Assembly (NCBI GenBank): GCA_905178155.1
Contig: CAJINV010000002.1
Location: 10,078,528 to 10,142,527 of the forward strand
Reading direction: 5' to 3'
DNA from: Amoebophrya sp. A120
Taxonomy: Eukaryota > Protista > Dinoflagellata
Length of the DNA: 64,000 nucleotides
Below the pieces are notes generated by a model. The model did no database searches, was not told the DNA's origin, and saw nothing but the letters and a program-made list of their open reading frames with translations. The position numbers and the translations under genes were made by a program. Positions 48,301 to 59,100 of the stretch are shown piece by piece (position 1 is the first letter of the stretch; each line of letters opens with the position of its first letter).

Positions 48301-51300
48301 AGCCCCCACCCCATATCGGAAACGGAAGATGCGCGAATTTGTGATGCTGTATTTGAGTACACAAATCGACTTGTATTGCTAGAAGGCCAAGAGACGAAGC
48401 TGCGGCATAAATTGCAGGTAATCTGTCACGCTGTTTCCCAATTCCAGTTGCCTCCTGTCATCCTGGAGCAGCAAGGCTCTCCCACGCTGGGCAGCACTAC
48501 AGTCCGCATATTTTACCTTCTAGCATCACAAAGCTGATTTGTGACCACAAATCTGCATCGCAGCTTTCCGCTTTGATATGGGGAAGGGGCATTTTTCATT
48601 GTAATAGGATGACAGCGACAAAAGGCAGTCGACCCTGAACATGGTGCTGTTCGACTCGCTCAAGGAAGACTGCGGCGTTATGGCCCGCGATCAGGTGCTA
48701 CAATCTCAAGAACCGTTGCAACGAACGCGGAAAGGGAAATTTGTGATGCCAAACCCGCTTGATCTTCAAGACAGGCACCGCAGCTCTTCGTGTAGCATGA
48801 TGGCAGATTTGGTGGACTAGAATCTGGTGCTCCTTCGTGGTTCCGAAATTTCTCAGTATGAGGATAGCTGAGCGGCCTTCCCGGCATTTCATGCAACAGA
48901 AATGATCCTCGAAAGATTGCGACATAAAGTTGAGGTTGTACCACCTGAGCGGGGGATAGGCGTGACTATGGTCTTCTGCATCCATCCCGACCGCAGCACG
49001 TACCAGGCCTCCAAAACTTCGCTGCAGATGGCGCAGAGATGCAAGAAAATACAGAGAAAAAAACGCATCCGCAGGCTGGTGAGGGTTCTTATTTACCTTT
49101 TATCTTTGTGATAGATGAAGATATAAAAAGACGAGAGCTGCACCTGCACCAGATGCAATACTCAACACCTCGATCATAATATTTTCACAATCAGCCGACC
49201 ACGATGCGTTTTGAAAAAAAAAAAAGCGCTTCTTCTACACTTGAAGGTGAGCAGCTCCAGCGGGAATGGCGGGTCCGCTTTGATTTCGGAAATGGACCAA
49301 AAGATTGCGGAACTCCGGCAGTCAGAGATACAGGAAACGCTATGAAATGTAAAAATGTCTGGGTCTGGAAGAGGAGAAGTTTGTCATGCACATTTTCCAT
49401 GATCCATGATATCTGTGTTGTATGCCATAGCATCACAGATTTTTTGAGCGCCCAGCGACGCGCATCCTGCATAACAAATTCCCTCTCTGCGTAGCCAAAT
49501 TTGACTCCTCTTGCTGCTCATGCAATACAAATCTTTTTAGCATTGAAATGCAGCATCACAAGCTGCATTCTTCCAGACCCAGACATTTTTGCAGTTCATA
49601 AACGCAGCAACTGCGCAAAAAGCAGGTTTTTCTCGAGAAGGAGCGGTCGGAGTATCAAATGTAAAAATGTCTGGGTCTGGAAACTTGTGATGCTAAAATG
49701 TGCATGATGAAAACATTTCCGAATGCAGTCCGGCATGACAACTTCTCAAAACGCTTGCTCATAGGCAATCCGCATGAGAAATTGCGTTTTTGCATGACAA
49801 AAGAGACTGCGACTTGTGTTGGTTATGCAATACAGATTTTCTAGGTATGGAAAGCTAGCATTACAAGTCCCAACCTTCCAGACTCAGAGATTTTTACAAT
49901 CCATATGGAGGACCGGATGCTGATTGACTCGCTCGAGCGAAAAAACATCTGCCTGCAGCAGATGGTCGAGGAGCACGCGCAAATCAAGACGCACTTGATC
50001 GAGAAGGCGGAGCAGATGAAAATCGACTACGAAAAACGCATCCGCGAGATGGAGCAGGAGCTGGCAGTGTGTAAAACCGAGCTTCGGGAGTACAAAAATG
50101 GTGTTCCACCCGGCGGGTCAATTTTTACGAACAACATCAACAACCCGGCTTCTACTTCAAAAACATCTCACCTTCTTGCGGCAAATCCAAAAGGAGGTGG
50201 CCTCCACAGGGGTGCGACACGTACCCGCGAGGATGTTGAACCAGATCTGTGTACTAGTGGTTCTACTCCAAAAGACGAGCAAGATCCTGTTGTTGTTGAC
50301 GAAAAGAATCCCATTAAGCTGCCGTCCGCCAGCCAGAGTTCCTCGAAGTTGAGCACCAAGTCCGGCACAGAGAAGTCCAGTACCAGTTCAGTCGAACAAG
50401 GGGCGTTTTCGGGTGGAAGATCGGCAGCAACGGGCGCCGCCACCGCGGGCGGTAGGAGCGGCAGCTACAACTACAACATTCAACAACAAGACCAGGGCGC
50501 GACGTTTGCGCCCCTTTCTCGTCGCAGCGGGGCAGCAGGAGCAAGCGGTAGTAGAGAAGGAGGCACTAGTAGTGCCAGTGGTAATGCGTATAATCCAGGA
50601 GGAGCACCATCCGAAATGATTTCGAACGGTAATTTCGCAGCGACGTATTCGAGCGTGCTTGCGGGAATGCAGAGATCCCTCGGCAACGAGACGGTGCAGC
50701 TGCAAGGATTGCGAGCACTCCTAAAACTAGTGTCCGCGTCTCCGGGGGCGAATGCTGGAATTGACAGCAGCAGCAGCAGCAGTGGTTCTACTACGGGTCA
50801 TGATGCCGGTGAACGCGATCTGCAAGATCGTCATGGTGTTCCTACGAGAAAAGGTGGTCCTGTTGAGGCAATCAAAACGAGGTCTGCGTGCGCGGAACTG
50901 CTGAATGCAGAGTACGGGTTGTCGGTACACCAGGATGACGAGGAGCAAAACGGGTTTTTCCCGAGTAGTACATCCGACGGCTTCTACCTGGCTGAATACA
51001 ACGCGGGGACAAGCGCCGGCGCCACTGCGTCGGGCGGTACCACGTCCTCGCGAGCACGGCAGCAGGCTGCGGGGGGAAGCACTATTGTTAAACCGATGCA
51101 AGAGACGGACACGGTGATGCAAGTGATCCATACCACCATCCAAGCGCTTCGCTGTTTCCCGTTGGTCGCGAAGATCCAGCGCGACGTATCCTATTTAAAA
51201 ACGTCCCCACCCCATAGTTGTAATGCAAATCTGCATGTTGAAAATGTTTCTCATGCGGAGCCCCATGAGAAGCATTTTCCAATCGTGTTTCGCAATTTGT

Positions 51301-53451
51301 CATGCTCCAATCAGCATGGTATGCTAGATCTGTAATGCTGCTGAGCTAGCTCAAACAGCACTACACTACGAATCCAAATTTGTCATGCAAAACAGCCAAA
51401 ACTTGTGGATTTGTCTAGCCGATTCCCCATCTTGACTATGGTGTGGGGACGTTTTTACTCAGGATACGACGGTGCGCTGCTGCTCGCGGAGATCTGCAGC
51501 AGCGCGCGCGGCACGTGGGAGGGGGTGGAGGTGGAGCTGCACGGGAAAACCGCTGTTATTTCCAGTCCCAAAGTGCTGATTTTACAAGAGGTTGAGCGCA
51601 CGATTTTGCCCATGTTCGACAAGAAAGAGCTGTTTGGCAATGGTGGAGGGGTACTAGCGAACCTTCCGATACCAGAAAATCAGAACTGGGCGAGCAGCGG
51701 TAACCTACAAAACGGGGGTTCCGCGTCCTTGGCTTCTTCCTTCTCCTCGCAGTACCAGCAGGTGTGCGTTGCCGCGAGCCGGTTACTGGCGGTGCTGGGC
51801 CAGCGGGAACCGGAGCTGCAGACCGAGATCGGCCAGCTCGGGGCGATCGAGAAAATTGTGGGGGCCATGATGCTTTTCGATCGGGAACAACAAGAAGAAG
51901 GAAATATTTTGTCGCAGCAGAAGCTGGACCTGATTGTGCACGGTTGTTGGAGTTTGATGAATTTGTGCAACAAACATGCGGAGAACCAAGCTGTTTTCCG
52001 GGAGCTTGGCGGCATCGATATCCTGTTGCACCTCGTTGCCGAAGTTTCCGAGTTTCTTGCCGCGGAGCTCTCTGGCGGAAGAAGTGGTGGCGTGGACCGT
52101 ACTGTGAAAAGGCACAAAGACGGTGAGGTGGTCAAGCATGACCAACAGGACCACAACCACATCACGCTTGACGAAGACGATGTTTTGCTGCAGTGCAAAA
52201 ATGCCGGTGCCTACTTGTCCGGATGTATCGCTTCGGTGGTGGAGTCGTGTGCCGAAAACCAAGCGGAGTTTTTCCGCTCAGAAGGGATGGAGCATCTGGT
52301 AAAAGGGAATATAGAGTCCTTTAATTCAGCGTGTTGAAATAATAGTTGGCTTTCAGCCAAGTGCAGTACTAAATAAAGAATTCGAATGCAGGAGCAAGGC
52401 AGTACCACTACTAGCCTTCGTACAGTTCGTGACATAGCAAAAGGTATGGAATCTCCAACAGTCAAGTTTCACATCCAAACTTGTCCAGGTGACGCTCCTC
52501 TCTTGTGGGCTCGACTCCGCCGGTATTGTTAGCAACGTCTGCATTGCGATTGCGCACGCTTGTCACAAGAACAAAAACGCGAACCCGCAGCACCAGACGC
52601 CGCTGTTCAAGCTCGTGCTGGAAGCCTTGAAAAGTTTCCATCCCGAACATGGTGCTGTTGTGGGGAACGCCTGCCGGTGCGTGGCAACCTTGACGGAATC
52701 TTCTTTCGCACTGGGCAACGCCGCCAGTCCGTCGCCAACCAGAGGAGGTCCTCTAGCGAATTCGCATGGCAAACCGGGTGCGAGCAGAACCAGTGAGCAG
52801 GCAGAGAGCGCGGAACTACTGACAAATGTGTTTCCGGAATTGATCTTTACCCTGATCAAGATCATGAAGCGATTTTCCCACGACACAACCCTCAATACCA
52901 CGATCTTCTGGGCACTGGGAAACTTGGTCTGCAAGACACAGAAAAGTTTGATGTCAGCGCCTTCTGCATCTTCCGCTTCCGCGAGAATGTTCAAGCAAGC
53001 CCCGGTTTACATCCAGGAGCCTGACCTCGCCTACTTCGCGAGTCTGTTGCAAAAGGTCTGCCACAAGCGGGAGCAGCAAGAAGGACCGAACCTGAATCAG
53101 CAACAGGGCGATTCTCGAAACAAGGAAACTGGTGCAATCAAAGAGCAAGCAGGTTCATCTTCTTCGTCGGGAGCAGGGGGTCTTGACCCATTGCATCAAC
53201 TAGATCGGTTTGTCGAGTACTGCTGCCGGCTTTTGTCGGAACTCACCAAAGGACCGGCCTCCTCGTCGGAGAAGTGTCCGACGGCGATTCGCGAAACGCG
53301 GGTGCTGATGAAGCGGAACACGGAATTTGTGCAGCTGCTTGTGAAACTGCGGGAAAAGTACACGAACAGCGACAGCCCGCCGCGACCGAACTCGAAAGCG
53401 GTTTTAGTGTTGCCCAGGATCAAGGAACTCTACCAAAACTTGACGAAGTAG
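45322..53451 (+). CDS. Kinesin motor protein with coiled coil and C-terminal armadillo-like repeats; about 15 exons
   Basis: Spliced MSLYQTSSVGNNGDPPGGSASDVRVVVRIRP. P-loop FAYGQTGSGKSYT, switch I NSESSRSH, switch II LVDLAGSE and INVSLTHL. ARM-like LGAIEKIV...GCWSLMNLC...NQAVFRELGGIDIL. Ten introners. Junction across 47505-47809 unresolved. Confidence 0.88.
45344..45607. mobile_element. Introner, diverged family A, reverse (5' end TGT)
   Basis: Direct repeat TTCGT/TTCGT. CAGAC-type TIRs. Confidence 0.88.
45646..45883. mobile_element. Degenerate introner
   Basis: TATG..ACGCA..GATCCTC / GAGGATC..TGCGT..CATA residual inverted repeat. Direct repeat CGGTT/ACGTT. Removal joins the frame to VRVVVRIRP. 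Confidence 0.68.
46092..46303. mobile_element. Introner, TIR TATSCAAGARARAAACA
   Basis: Direct repeat AGTTT/AGTTT. Removal gives AQFDHVLD (kinesin FD motif). Confidence 0.85.
46755..47016. mobile_element. Introner family C, forward
   Basis: Direct repeat CGCCA/CGCCA. CAGAC-type TIRs. Confidence 0.92.
47075..47463. mobile_element. Long CAGAC-type introner (389 bp) with internal insertion
   Basis: Direct repeat AGGGA/AGGGA. Internal GC-rich segment with (ATG)n run. Confidence 0.9.
48286..48606. mobile_element. Introner family E (TIR ..GAAAAA.CCCCC.CCCCATATC)
   Basis: Direct repeat GGATG/GGATG. Homologous ends to 57955-58277. Confidence 0.88.
48679..48958. mobile_element. Introner, TIR TAT..CCCGC..TCAGGTG.TACAA.CTCAA
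   Basis: Direct repeat GGCGT/GGCGT. Removal gives DCGVTMVFCIHP. Confidence 0.88.
49341..49600. mobile_element. Introner family C (diverged), forward
   Basis: Direct repeat AACGC/AACGC. CAGAC-type TIRs. Confidence 0.9.
49653..49905. mobile_element. Introner, B-like CAGAC type
   Basis: Direct repeat CGGAG/TGGAG. Frame restored to EKERSEDRMLIDS. Confidence 0.9.
51187..51466. mobile_element. Introner family D, opposite orientation to 17640
   Basis: Direct repeat CGACG/CGACG. TIR AAAAACGTCCCCAC / GTGGGGACGTTTTT. Confidence 0.9.
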
Positions 53452-54169
53452 GGGAAACTTAGATGCGACAAATTTAGAGTTTTTAACAACAGTTTTTGAA
53501 TGCGGACAACGTATGAATAAACATACCACATAGACATACAACAAACAATCAAGAAGGGTTGAGTAAGCTTCGACGATGAGGCAAGTGTACCTGTCAAAGG
53601 TATCTACTGATAGTCCTAGAAAGGAAACTGAACCACGTGCGCGAACTCCTGAGTACGACTCAGATCGTTAAAGGACGGTAGCACGAAAGTTACGCGTCGG
53701 ATCTATCGCTCTTGAACCACTGGGGCTACTACCAGCAGTTGCAACCCAGTTGAAGGGATACGAAAACGCTTGTTAGGTCGCTGTCCTTCTAATCAGAGGG
53801 CGTTTCCCAGACGCGGAAGATCAACAAATTTCGCAGTCGTTTCCTGTCGTGGCTGGTGATAAAAAAAGTCGTTTCAGTCGCTCCTCAAAATCTTGCCTCT
53901 TCGGCAACATCGCAACGTCGTGCAGGAACTAGTACAGCGCATTGGTGGTTCTTAATACGCCCTACTAACGTTTTTTTTTACTCGCGATCTCCGTTTTGGC
54001 TACTCTTCGATATTACCGGATAATTTTTCCTAACACCACTTTATCGACACCCAAAGTATTCATCGTTTTACGAACCCCGACGCTTCGTTTTTCTGTCGTA
54101 CCATAATTGTGATTGTCCTAAAATACCACATCGACTGGCTGTGCTTGCTACGCACTTTCGGAGGACAAA

Positions 54170-55767
54170 ATGTCGGGGGTGGAAAGTTATGCGAACCGCA
54201 ATAGCACGGACCTGGGCCGGTTCGTGGAGGACGCACAGATTGGCGAGGGGCAGTACAAGTACGTGGTCCGTGGCGAGTACCGTGGTGGCGACTATGACGG
54301 GCGCCCCAACGTCTGTAAGTTTTTGAAGAAGCATACGGTGTTCGACGACCGGCTGTGGTTGGACGACGTGCGCGCGTGCGAGCGCGCGCTGGCCGTGATC
54401 GCCGCGTTCCACAAGTACTTGCACGAGACCAATAAGCCGAAGGCTAGCATCAAACTGAACATCCCGCAGGTGTGGCGGCAGAGCAGCGAGGGCGCGAAGA
54501 AGAACCAGTTGATGCTGGTGGAGCCGTTTCTGGACAATTTCAGTAAGTTCAACAGCAACACCGGCGCTTGCAAGAAGGACGAAAGCATCATGCAGGCGTT
54601 GTCGCACTTCAGCTACCACATCAGCGACGGCACCGAGCTGCTGTGCGACATGCAGAGCCAGCGGGTGGGGCGGCAAAACGTGTACGTGCTTTCGGACATC
54701 GCGATCTGCAGTGAGGCCCGCGCCTACGGCGAGACCGACCTGGGGGCGCGCGGCATGGAAAACTTCTTGCACTACCATCGGTGCGGCCCGTTCTGCAGCA
54801 AGGCGTGGAGAACCTGGGAGGGGGCGGAGCAGAAGTTCCAGCCGGTGATGTCCACCAGCATGCACACGACGCTCGAAAAGCCAGCGGACCTCACCACGGG
54901 GGAGACTCGGGACTGCGGGCCAATGTACCCAAGCGAGATTCACTTCTCTTCACGCAGGACTGCATCAGCCCCAAGTTCCGCGACGGGCGGACAGTGAAGG
55001 AGACGGTGCTGCAGTTGGCCAAGCGGGAGATCCACAAGCGCAGCATCCCGGTGATGAAGGTGGTGTTGAAAAAAGCCAAGTACTGGTCTCTGGACAACCG
55101 CCGGCTCGCCGCCTTCCGCCTGCTCGAGATGGTGGGCAAGGTGACCAAGGTGCGGGTGGAGGTGGTGCCCTGGACGCGGGTGTCCTGGGAGTGGCAGCGC
55201 AAGTACGACGGCGGCAGCGGGGAGACGATGCGCGTGCGCCGCGAGCAGTGGCACATTGGGAAGGGAAAAGAAGACACGATCTGTCCGTTTATGAAAGACC
55301 TGCAACTGGCCACGATGGGACCCGCGCTGTCCGAGACGGATCAGGAATTCCAACACTTTTTGGCCAACTTGACCGATGACTTCGTCTTCGGAAAGAGTGC
55401 GCAGCACTGCGAGTTCTGCAGCCAGTTCGTGGGCGGGGGCAAGAGTGTCTTGAAGCGCCACGAACAGGGATGCTTTCATAATCCCAACCGAGATACCGAA
55501 AGTGACCGGTGCGTCCATTGCGGCGAAGTGTTCGTGGTGAATCCAACGTCGCAGACGATGTGGAAAAAGAGCCGGCTGCAGCACCTCGGCTGCTGTTCAA
55601 AAAATCCTGACCAAGCGCAGGATCTAGAGCGAAGCCGCAAAAAGCAAAAAACGGGCCCACGAGTGCGGTTCGACACGGGGTTTGCAAACGACATTGACTG
55701 GGACACGAGGAACGGTGATAGAAATGGTCTAGACGAGCCTTTCTTCCACCTGAACGAAGCTTTGTGA
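54170..55767 (+). CDS. Alpha-kinase (eEF2K/MHCK type) fused to a ParB/Srx-like 'DNRR' domain and two Cys/His fingers; frameshifted at ~54942-54951
   Basis: Frame 1: LVEPFL..FSKFNSNTG, QALSHFSYH.S.G..LLCDMQ and DLGARGM.NF..YHRCGPFC. Frame 2: FTQDCISPKFRDG...WSLDNRRL, CEFC..RHEQGC and CVHC..HLGCC. The frames meet at PSEIHF/FTQD. Confidence 0.78.
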
Positions 55768-56166
55768 GCTTTACAAAATTCTTGATGAATACTTTTGATG
55801 TGCTGGCGGAGCTTTTCACTTTCGGGTCGTGACGTAAGTATTTGACTATGTATTCGTGTACTTCTACATCTAGTTGAAGTTCTTCAAGACAGTCACGCCG
55901 GATGCTGAAACAAAATGCGCGTTTGAACAGCTGCATTAAAGCAAAACTACTATGAGAGGTATGGGAATATATCAAACGAGAGGCATTCATCTGAGTTGTT
56001 GAAGTGGGAAACACATGGAATGGCCTCGGTAAGGAGGACTTTGCTATCGTTCATCTGAAGGCGTTTTCAGACGAGGCAAAATTGATGCGTGCCGAACGTT
56101 CTGCTGTGCAATAGACATCTGATTCTGAATACTTTTATACTTCGGAGGGAATTTTTGACCAACAAG

Positions 56167-59100
56167 ATGGCCACCGACGTGGCGATTCTGAGCGCGCTCG
56201 CGCAAGTGACGGACCAGGAGCTTCGTTATTTCGAACTCGTCACCCTTCGGTTCGGCGGCAAGCAGCGGAAAGTTTATCTTTGCATCGGGCGCCACGCGTT
56301 TTTTCTGGTGAAAAAGGACGTCAGCGCGTTGATCCAGGGGGGCGAGCTGTTTTACGCGTATTTGGAGGCGGTGGTGGTGGACAGTAATTCCAAATCCGAT
56401 TTGCTTTTGGTGCTGAACGACAACCGACCGGGGTTCTGGATCAGCCCAAACCTGTTCGTGCTCTCCTCCAAACGCTCTTCGTTGGTTATGGAATGGAAAT
56501 ATGTTTGGGTCTGGAAGAATGCAAGTTTGTCATGCTTGTCTGGCATGACTCGAGAATCTGTGTTGCATAGGCACGAAAAGGCCGACTTGCTTGTCATGCA
56601 AAAACGCAGGTTGCCATGCGGAATACGTAAGACATGGCAGCCAAAAGATTTGTCATGCATGGCTGCGTACTGCAGTGCGTCTATCATTCACTTTTAGCTA
56701 TACAAGTTTCCAGACCCAGACATTTTTACATCTGATATTGGTGCAGCATCTGCAATGCTGCTGGACGGTGGACTACATGTGGCGGTACGGCTTGGTGGCC
56801 AACTTTCCGAAGCGCGAGGCGGCGCTGACCTCCGACCTTTTCACCGGCGAGATCTGCATGCCGTTTCACGGCTACGCTAAGAACGAGTTTCAGTCCTACT
56901 CGTTTTTCCTGAAAGATTCCTTCGCCGAAGTCCCGTCAGTGCTTCAGGCGGAGAACACGGGACACTACTCGGACACGAAGCGCAAGGGCTTCGAGGTGAT
57001 CATCCACGTGCACGAGCCCGTGGAGATCAGCCTGCTGTCGAAGATGAACCGCGAGCACGTGCGGTGGGTGGCGTTGGAGTACAAGCAGATGCTCACGACG
57101 GACTCCGCGGAGCAGAACAGCAATAATCTGGTCTACTACGTCCTCCGCAACGCGAGCTACCTGAAGAAAATGAACCTCGCAGAGGACATCGCCATGTGGA
57201 TCGGTTGGGAGATGCTGGTGAAGACGGAGAAGTACGTGCTCATCGTCGTGGTCCTGCGTCGCCAGTATCTCCCCCCGCTGATGTCCGCGTGCCAGGACGT
57301 GGTCGTGATGTTCAAATCGCCGAACCTGGAGGCGGAAGCCATCAAGGCGCAGCAGGCCGGGAAGAAAAAAATCCCCAAATTCTACACCGACGAAGAGCTC
57401 TTGCTGGAGGCGCACCTGTATCAAGTGTAAAAATGTCTGGGTCTGGAAGAATGCGCGACTTGGCATGCTTCTCTGGCATGACTCTTAAATCTGTCATGCA
57501 GGCTAGTACCCAAGAGCCCCACTTTCCTGTCATGCAAAAACGCAGTTTGTCATGCAGAACAGGCAACACCTAGAAGCTCAGAAACTTGTCATGCTGAGCC
57601 AGCACTTATGGCTTCCTCATGATACGCCACCCAGCATCACAAGTTTCCAGACCCAGACATTTTTACATTTGATAACCTGATCGCGGACTCCTTGTCCCCA
57701 GTGGAAGACGAGTTTCCGGTGTACCGCGACATTGTGCAGGCCAAGCTGGACTCGTTGCGGTTCGACGAGGACGGGTATCGGTTTCTGGAGAACCACGTGA
57801 AGCTGCTGCCGAACAACGTGCGGGAGCAGGGGAAATCGTTCCTGAAGTCCATATTCCAACTCCTCGTTTCCGATGGCATGCTCGTGAACGGGGACCAGAT
57901 GCTGAATGACAGCATGTTCACCCTCGGGAAGCAGGAGAAGGACGACCGGTGGCATATTGTGAGGAAAAATCCCCCCTCCCCATATCGAAGACGGAATTTG
58001 TGTTGCTGTATTTGAGTACACAAATCACATCTGTCTTGCTAGAGTGGACGGCAGACCCATATCAAGCCTGAGCAGAGATGCTTTGACTTAGGCGCTTAGC
58101 ATGAGAAGCGTCCGTGATGTTGGCTCAACAGCATGACAAACCGCCTCCATGATGGGACGGAAGCTGCTGCCCTTGTCTTCTTGCAGCACAAACGTGATTT
58201 GTGACCTCAAATCAGCAACACAAATTTTCGAAAACCTACCTCTTCAATATGGGGAGGGGGGATTTTTCCTTGCGATATGGCAGGTGCTGCCCACCAAGGA
58301 CAACCCGCTGCTCTTCGCCGAGGAGCTGGTGGAGAAGGGCGAGGTATCAAATGTAGAAATGTCTGGGTCTGGAAGAATGCAACTTCTCATGCTAAAGTAA
58401 ATCTGAAGCATGCAAAAATCTGCGCTGCATGATTACCAAAAGTCGTCCAAGTTTGACCAAGTCGGGAGGCAGTTTCTCATGCAGGATAGGCATGAGAAAG
58501 ATCGCACAGAGTCTGTCATGCTAGGTCCTGCATTCCAGACCTCATGGGTCATGGAAAAGCTGCATGACAAGTCGCGAACTCTTCCAGACCCAGACACTTT
58601 TACATTTGATATGAGGGGCTGGAGAACAACGCGAAAGCGCAGCAAGGACAGACGTCCGCGGCGGCGAACGAGGCGCGGAACAACTGGAACAAGCGGGTCG
58701 CGCGGTACTTCGCCTACTGTCTCGACGGGGGGTTGTGTATAGAAAGAAAAAAGTTTGTCACAGTCATTAACCTGGAGATTTAGCATTACAAATTTTTTTA
58801 GCATCACAACTTTTGCTTGTATTGCAGAAACACAAAGGGAAATCTCCTATGAAGTTTGGCTGTGATGCATTTTTACGCATGACAGGCATTTTTTGTATTG
58901 CAAAAATGCCCATGAGTGATCGTGACGAACTTTTTTCTTTTGATATTGTGCCGCGCCTTCACACTGTACGACCTGATAGACGCGAAGGCGGGTCTTTCCG
59001 CCGATATCAACTGTAAAAATGTCTGAGTCTGGAAGGATGCGAACTTGTGATGCGCATTTCACAACACAGACAAAGCTCTCATGCATAGGCAGCAAAAGGC

